Source of the DNA: Alphaproteobacteria bacterium
GTDB lineage: Bacteria > Pseudomonadota > Alphaproteobacteria > GCA-2746255
DNA: 64,000 nt
NCBI GenBank assembly: GCA_965249135.1
Contig: OZ252220.1
Span: forward strand, 992,001 to 1,056,000
Direction of reading: 5' to 3'
This document shows positions 58,820 to 64,000 of the stretch, one piece after another. The stretch's first letter is position 1. Each line of letters opens with the position of its first letter. The notes under the pieces were generated by a model, which worked only from the letters and a program-made list of their open reading frames with translations, did not search any database and was not told the DNA's origin. The position numbers and the translations under genes were made by a program.

Positions 58820-59646
58820 TGACGCATCAGATTAAAAATCGTTTTAGCGGAGCCGTCATTTTCGAGGCAGTTACGGACCTGCGCGAGGCGGACCTGCGTG
58901 GGGCGATTCTGCACGAGGCGGGCCTGCGCGGGGCGGACCTGCACGGGGCGGACCTGTGCGAGACGAACCTGCGCGAGGCGGACCTGCACGGGACGGACCT
59001 GCGCGGGGCGGACCTGCACAAGGCGATTCTGCGCAAGGCGGGCCTGCGCGGGGCGGACCTGTGCGGGGCGAACCTGCGCGGGGCGGACCTATTCGAGGCG
59101 GGCCTGCACAAGGCGGACCTGCACAAGACGGACCTGCGCGGGGCGAACCTGTGTTGTGCGGACCTGCGCAGGGCGGACCTGCGTGGGGCGGACCTGCACG
59201 GGGCGGACCTGCACGAGGCGGGCCTGCGCGAGGCGATTCTGCGCAAGGCGGACCTGCGCGAGGCGGGCCTGCGCAGGGCGAAACTGCGTGGGGCGGACCT
59301 GCGTGGGGCGGACCTGGGCAAGGCGGACCTGCGCGAGGCGGACCTGCGCGGGGCGGACCTATACGGGGCGAACCTGCGCGGGGCGGACCTGCGTGGGGCG
59401 GACCTGCGCGAACAGGGCATTTTGCAAATCAATGGCGGCCTGGCCTGGCCCATTTTAATCTGGCCAACCGAAATGACTATCGGTTGTGAATGCCACACCC
59501 ATGAAGAGTGGAGTGCGTTTTCCGACCACAAAATTGTTGAGATAGACGGCAAGAATGCCCTGACGTTCTGGCGCGAAAATAAGGACTGGCTTTTAGATCG
59601 CTGCCGGTGGGCCGCCACGTTCCAGAAAAAAGAGAGGGCGTCATGA
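58819..59646 (+). CDS. Pentapeptide repeat protein, copy 3 (36 repeats)
   Basis: As copy 1. Confidence 0.92.
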   Translation: MTHQIKNRFSGAVIFEAVTDLREADLRGAILHEAGLRGADLHGADLCETNLREADLHGTDLRGADLHKAILRKAGLRGADLCGANLRGADLFEAGLHKADLHKTDLRGANLCCADLRRADLRGADLHGADLHEAGLREAILRKADLREAGLRRAKLRGADLRGADLGKADLREADLRGADLYGANLRGADLRGADLREQGILQINGGLAWPILIWPTEMTIGCECHTHEEWSAFSDHKIVEIDGKNALTFWRENKDWLLDRCRWAATFQKKERAS

Positions 59647-59741
59647 CCCGGCAGGCCATCCAGGAGGCCCGTTCCGCCGGGGACACCTTCTGCGAAAACC
59701 AGGAACGCTCCCAGACCGCCTTCCGCCAGGCAGGTGTGTGA
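59643..59741 (+). CDS. Chimeric linker mini-ORF (32 aa)
   Basis: ATGA and TGATG overlaps. Confidence 0.6.
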   Translation: MTRQAIQEARSAGDTFCENQERSQTAFRQAGV

Positions 59742-60523
59742 TGACGCATCAGATTAAAAATCGTTTTAGCGGAGCCGTCATTTTCGAGGCAGTTACGGAC
59801 CTGCGCGAGGCGGACCTGCGCAGGGCGGACCTGCACGGGGCGGACCTGCACGGGGCGGACCTGCGCGGGGCGGACCTGCGCGAGGCGGACCTGAGCGGGG
59901 CGGACCTGCACAAGGCGATTCTGCGCAAGGCGGGCCTGCGTGGGGCGGACCTGTGCGGGGCGAACCTGCGCGGGGCGGACCTATTCGAGGCGGGCCTGCA
60001 CAAGGCGGACCTGCACAAGACGGACCTGCGCGGGGCGGACCTGCGCGGGACGCACCTGCGCGGGGCGGACCTGCACGGGGCGGACCTGTACAAGGCGGAC
60101 CTGCGCGAGGCGATTCTGCGCAAGGCGGACCTGCGCGGGACGAACCTGCGCAGGGCGGACCTGCGCGGGGCGGACCTGCGTGGGGCGGACCTGCGCAGGG
60201 CGGACCTGCACGGGGCGGACCTGCGTGGGGCGGACCTGCGCAGGGCGGACCTGCACGGGGCGGACCTGAGCGAGGCGGACCTGCGCGAACAGGGCATTTT
60301 GCAAATCAATGGCGGCCTGGCCTGGCCCATTTTAATCTGGCCAACCGAAATGGCTATCGGCCGTGAATGCCACACCCATGAAGAGTGGAGTGCGTTTTCC
60401 GACCGCAAAATTGCTGCGATAGACGGCAAGAATGCCCTGACGTTCTGGCGCGAAAATAAGGACTGGCTTTTAGATCGCTGCCGGTGGGCCGCCACGTTCC
60501 AGAAAAAAGAGAGGGCGTCATGA
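59741..60523 (+). CDS. Pentapeptide repeat protein, copy 4 (33 repeats)
   Basis: As copy 1. Confidence 0.92.
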   Translation: MTHQIKNRFSGAVIFEAVTDLREADLRRADLHGADLHGADLRGADLREADLSGADLHKAILRKAGLRGADLCGANLRGADLFEAGLHKADLHKTDLRGADLRGTHLRGADLHGADLYKADLREAILRKADLRGTNLRRADLRGADLRGADLRRADLHGADLRGADLRRADLHGADLSEADLREQGILQINGGLAWPILIWPTEMAIGRECHTHEEWSAFSDRKIAAIDGKNALTFWRENKDWLLDRCRWAATFQKKERAS

Positions 60524-60786
60524 CCCGCGCCCTTGCCCGTACCGGAGATCCCATTACCTCCCATGCGGCGGCGGATTTCGTCACGCCACATCTGACCAAC
60601 CTTGAGCAGAAGGTTCTCCAGGCGTTAGAGGATTCGCGTTACGGGCTCACCACAAAACAAATTGCCGAAAAGACCGGGATTGACCGGGTCACAGTAAGCC
60701 CACGGATGAAGCCCCTTAAGAATAAAGGCTTGGTTGTTCGTACCGAATCCCGGCGCGACGGCTCGCAGGTATGGAGGGCGGCGTGA
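60520..60786 (+). CDS. Winged-HTH protein
   Basis: ARTGDP.TSH.AA; GLTTKQIAE.TG....VSPR..PL..KGLV. Confidence 0.75.
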   Translation: MTRALARTGDPITSHAAADFVTPHLTNLEQKVLQALEDSRYGLTTKQIAEKTGIDRVTVSPRMKPLKNKGLVVRTESRRDGSQVWRAA

Positions 60787-60891
60787 CCGCCTTCTGGCTC
60801 ACCTTCTTGGAATGGGCCGGGAAGCTTTGCTTCGCCGTGGCGGTGATGTTGGTCGGGGCAATCTTCGCAATGGCATGGATGGGGTCGTGAG

Positions 60892-61137
60892 ATGACCGGC
60901 GGGCCGCAATTCATCAAGGATCCGCTGGTTATCATATATCGGACTGAACCGAAGGGCCCCATCGTAACGAATATCGTGAAGTCTGATCTCGACCATTGCG
61001 GCTTCGGGCTTCTGATCGCGGACCTGATTCGTCATGCCGCTGCCGCCTACGGCGTGAGCGGGGAAGATGTCGTGGATTGGGTGAACCGGGAAATGAACGC
61101 CCCGACTGCGAAGCTTGAAGGGGGGACGCGGCAATGA
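60892..61137 (+). CDS. Phage hypothetical protein
   Basis: FGLLIADLIRH.A.A; coupled to the next gene. Confidence 0.6.
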   Translation: MTGGPQFIKDPLVIIYRTEPKGPIVTNIVKSDLDHCGFGLLIADLIRHAAAAYGVSGEDVVDWVNREMNAPTAKLEGGTRQ

Positions 61138-61358
61138 CCGCACTCGCCCGTGACGCGCAAGATTACTGGTCGCTCTGTTGGACGGCTTGGAATGGTCCGC
61201 CGCCGGAACGCGGACCTGCCTGCGACAGGTTGAACTCATTGTCGCTCACGGCCAGCAACCCGGCCTTGAAGAAAGGCGCGTGCTCAACCGTACAGGCAGT
61301 AAGGAAACGGTTCGGCATTCTTCATGTTCTTCCACCGGAACCAAGGGGGGTGACGTGA
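61134..61358 (+). CDS. Phage hypothetical protein
   Basis: ATGA overlap; G-rich RBS. Confidence 0.5.
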   Translation: MTALARDAQDYWSLCWTAWNGPPPERGPACDRLNSLSLTASNPALKKGACSTVQAVRKRFGILHVLPPEPRGVT

Positions 61359-61576
61359 ACAAGTTTGAAAACTTTGCTGTGCCAATTCAAAAGCTGCGCG
61401 GCGACAGGGACTTTATCACTGACAAAGACATCATGGAGCAGCCCGGGATCGCTAACTTCGTTAAAAGATTCCCCGATTACTGGAAGCGTCATCCGCTGCT
61501 AGATGGCTATGCCGGACCTTATCCAGATGAAATCAAGAAATTAACGGAAGAAAAATCAGTGGAAGAACAGCCATGA
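61355..61576 (+). CDS. Phage hypothetical protein
   Basis: GTGA overlap; G-rich RBS. Confidence 0.5.
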   Translation: MNKFENFAVPIQKLRGDRDFITDKDIMEQPGIANFVKRFPDYWKRHPLLDGYAGPYPDEIKKLTEEKSVEEQP

Positions 61577-61637
61577 CCAGCCTTCTCCGCAAACTCCGCC
61601 GCCGTGGATTCCGCTTATTGCTTTGGAGGGTGAGGGT

Positions 61638-61823
61638 ATGAACCGGATCGACTTCGAGACACGCGCTTGGGAGATCCTCAACAATATCTCCACGCTGGAG
61701 AGACTTGCCGCCGCCGATCCCGAAGGCGCACGACACGTAAGAGATTGGCTGGCTGACGCGAGCGGCCGGCTTGTCTGCCTATTGGCGAAAATTGAAAGCG
61801 GCCGTTTCAGAAAGGCCGGCTAA
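61638..61823 (+). CDS. Phage hypothetical protein
   Basis: GAGGG RBS; TAATG coupling to the nuclease gene. Confidence 0.5.
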   Translation: MNRIDFETRAWEILNNISTLERLAAADPEGARHVRDWLADASGRLVCLLAKIESGRFRKAG

Positions 61824-62461
61824 TGCCACATCAAATCTACCGGACGAAAGACGGCACGCGCGTCCCCTCCGTCACTACCGTGATTTCCCGTTTCAAGGAA
61901 TCCGGCGGCCTCATTCATTGGGCCTGGCAAGAAGGTGTAGATGGCCGGGACTACCGGGAAACCCGCGACAAGGCGGCGGACGCCGGCACCCTCGCGCATT
62001 TGCTCGTCGAACAATGGATCAAGGGAGATACGCCGGACATCGAAGGGCCGGAAGATGTGGTGCAAAAAGCCCAAGCCGCTTTCGGGGCGTTTCTTGAATG
62101 GGCAGGCCAAACACAACTCAAAGTCATCCATTCCGAAGTTCCCTTGATTTCTGAAAAACACCGCTTCGGCGGATGCCTTGACGCCATGCTTATCAAAGGG
62201 AAATTGGCGATCGGCGATTGGAAGACTTCGAATCGCATCTACCAGGACCATCTGATTCAGATTGCAGCTTACGGCGAATTGTGGAGCGAGAATTTTCCCG
62301 CTCAACCGATCGGGGGCGGCTATCACATCATCCGCTTTGCAAAAGATCATGGCGACTTCGCGCACCATTATTTCCCCGACCTTTCGGATGCGTGGCGCGC
62401 CTTTGAACTCATGCGGGAACTTTACGACATCGACAAATCATTGAAGAAGCGGGCAGCGTAA
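61823..62461 (+). CDS. Cas4-like PD-(D/E)XK exonuclease
   Basis: PSVTT, GT.AH, G..D, DWKTS, Q..AY. Confidence 0.85.
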   Translation: MPHQIYRTKDGTRVPSVTTVISRFKESGGLIHWAWQEGVDGRDYRETRDKAADAGTLAHLLVEQWIKGDTPDIEGPEDVVQKAQAAFGAFLEWAGQTQLKVIHSEVPLISEKHRFGGCLDAMLIKGKLAIGDWKTSNRIYQDHLIQIAAYGELWSENFPAQPIGGGYHIIRFAKDHGDFAHHYFPDLSDAWRAFELMRELYDIDKSLKKRAA

Positions 62462-62472
62462 AGGAGAGGCCA

Positions 62473-62835
62473 ATGGTTAATGTAAACGAGAGCTTTCCGT
62501 CAGAATATCTGCGCGGGACCGATCTTAAGGATAAAGAAGCCGCCGTTAATATCTCTCATGTGGAAACACGCGATGTTGGCGGTGATCCAAAACTGGTAAT
62601 TTTTTTCCAGAATAAAAAAAAGGGCGTCGTCTTGAATAAGACGAATGCCATGAACATTGCTTCCGGTTATGGACCGGAGACGGATAGCTGGATCGGTAAG
62701 AGCGTGATTTTATATCCGGCTTTGGTTGATTTCCAGGGCAAGTCTGTTTTGGCAGTCCGGATCAGACCCAACCCAAACGGTGGGCAGCCAGAGCAGCCGC
62801 CAGTATCGGAACCGCCCGGCGACATACCGTTTTAG
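62473..62835 (+). CDS. Single-stranded DNA-binding / annealing protein
   Basis: LNKTNA, W.GK...LY; SSB-like C-terminal DIPF tail. Confidence 0.7.
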   Translation: MVNVNESFPSEYLRGTDLKDKEAAVNISHVETRDVGGDPKLVIFFQNKKKGVVLNKTNAMNIASGYGPETDSWIGKSVILYPALVDFQGKSVLAVRIRPNPNGGQPEQPPVSEPPGDIPF

Positions 62836-62937
62836 GACACACCATGAGCCGCGTACAGAATGAATTTAGTGTCACACCACCATGTATTCGCGGCATTGCA
62901 CGCGGGATAACATGGCGGCATGTAACGGGGGCCGTCA

Positions 62938-63423
62938 ATGCCGGCCGATAATGCTGCCGCAATGGAAGTCAAAAAAGACGGGCTGCGCCAATGCCAAGAT
63001 GGAACTTGGAAATTATCGCTGACCGTTCATCCAAACGACATGCCAGCAGAACTTATGACAGCAGGTATGGGTACTCGTTATATGGCGGCATTGGTCGAAA
63101 TAGGAGACAACGGGCAGCCTGTTAAGGGGAAGGAAAAGCGCAAGTCAGCCTACTGGGATAAGACGGAAGGCGGGAAGGCGGCAGCACGGGCGGGGATGCT
63201 TTGTGGCGACATAGAATTTCATCAATACCTGACTAAATTAGACTGTTCCGCGCCGTTCGAAGGCCAAGACGGCGTTGAGTGGGCCGCTGAAAATCTCCGG
63301 GCAATATGCGGCGTCATATCCCGTAAAGAGCTTGCCCACAACCCATCGGCCCTCAAGAAATTCCTGCAACTGGAAGCCGCCTACAAAGAGGCCACCGGCA
63401 GACAAGCGGAGGTTAGGGGATGA
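62938..63423 (+). CDS. Phage hypothetical protein
   Basis: AGMLC....F; CG..SR.EL..N. Confidence 0.65.
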   Translation: MPADNAAAMEVKKDGLRQCQDGTWKLSLTVHPNDMPAELMTAGMGTRYMAALVEIGDNGQPVKGKEKRKSAYWDKTEGGKAAARAGMLCGDIEFHQYLTKLDCSAPFEGQDGVEWAAENLRAICGVISRKELAHNPSALKKFLQLEAAYKEATGRQAEVRG

Positions 63424-63461
63424 CGGATCGGGAGAACGAACTGCGGCAGGAAGCGGCATAG

Positions 63462-63938
63462 GTGGGAAAGTATGCCGAACATACGAAAGTACCGGCCGCC
63501 CAGTCCCGCGCTGAGATTGAGCGGATCCTTGGCCGTTATGGTGCGTCGGCGTTCATGTACGGAATGATGGCGAACATGGCGGTCGTTGCTTTCGAAATGA
63601 AGGGCCGGAAGGTAAAGATGGTGCTGCCGTTTCTCGATCCAGGGGAAAGGGAGTTCACCCACAACGCGCAGGGTAAGTGCAGGGGGTCCAGTGCCACCGA
63701 AGACTTCTATCAGCGCCACATCCGCCAGCGTTGGCGGGCGCTCGTCCTCATCATCAAGGCGAAGCTCGAAGCCGTCGAGAGCGGCATCACCAACTTCGAG
63801 AGCGAATTCCTTTCCGACATCCTCATGCCGGACGGGATCACGGTCGGCGCTCATGTGAAGGAAAACATCCGCGCCGCCTATGACGGAGGGAATGTGCCGC
63901 CGTTGCTGGAAGGACCGAAGGAGGCGACCGATGCCTGA
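63462..63938 (+). CDS. Conserved phage hypothetical protein
   Basis: T.VP...SRAEIE.IL..YGA; WRAL...IKAKLEAVESGI..FE.EFL. Confidence 0.75.
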   Translation: MGKYAEHTKVPAAQSRAEIERILGRYGASAFMYGMMANMAVVAFEMKGRKVKMVLPFLDPGEREFTHNAQGKCRGSSATEDFYQRHIRQRWRALVLIIKAKLEAVESGITNFESEFLSDILMPDGITVGAHVKENIRAAYDGGNVPPLLEGPKEATDA

Positions 63939-64000
63939 AATCAAGAACGCGAAGATCGTCGGCACCTTCTTGGGCGTTAAGGGCGATGCTCCAACCGCCA

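Larger units (their letters stand above)
19959..64000. mobile_element. Temperate podovirus-like prophage, continuing beyond the window
   Basis: Composition becomes AT-richer right after the tRNA; lysis, ejection, capsid, portal, terminase, replication, CI/Cro and recombination modules; no tape-measure or sheath gene; integrase not seen. Confidence 0.9.

Noticed and set aside
57113-60523. Diversity-generating retroelement behind the pentapeptide variation
   Set aside because: No reverse transcriptase or non-coding template repeat in the window; differences are not adenine-specific and include repeat-number changes
57113-60523. CRISPR array
   Set aside because: The 15-bp units are contiguous and in-frame coding with no spacers; the Cas4-like gene at 61823 is an ordinary phage exonuclease
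57121-60591. Long RSAPR / GRTC / QVRPA ORFs in other frames
   Set aside because: Shadows of a stop-free 15-bp repeat

Overview
Alphaproteobacterial (Rhodospirillales-like) chromosome segment. 1-6.1 kb is an accessory region downstream of tRNA-Phe: Anbu-type protease, msrA, two decayed cytochrome P460 genes, csp, and two single-gene islets bounded by copies of the tRNA-Phe 3' end. 6.2-15.9 kb is the conserved dcd-murA-hisG-hisD-UPF0262-arsC-infA-maf-yacG block, with a LysR/GST/SDR/AhpD insert. 16.2-19.8 kb is a toluene-4-monooxygenase-like soluble di-iron monooxygenase operon (ABCDE, no reductase). From tRNA-Thr(GGT) at 19.9 kb to the window end lies a podovirus-like temperate prophage: lysis, ejection/tail, capsid, portal, terminase, an IS1595 carrying a methyltransferase, replication, a CI/Cro switch and an early operon. 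Its integrase end is outside the window. The most striking structure is a tandem array of four pentapeptide-repeat paralogues (25/38/36/33 repeats) that vary at surface positions and are joined by translationally coupled chimeric mini-ORFs. All annotations come from motif recognition; no searches were run.
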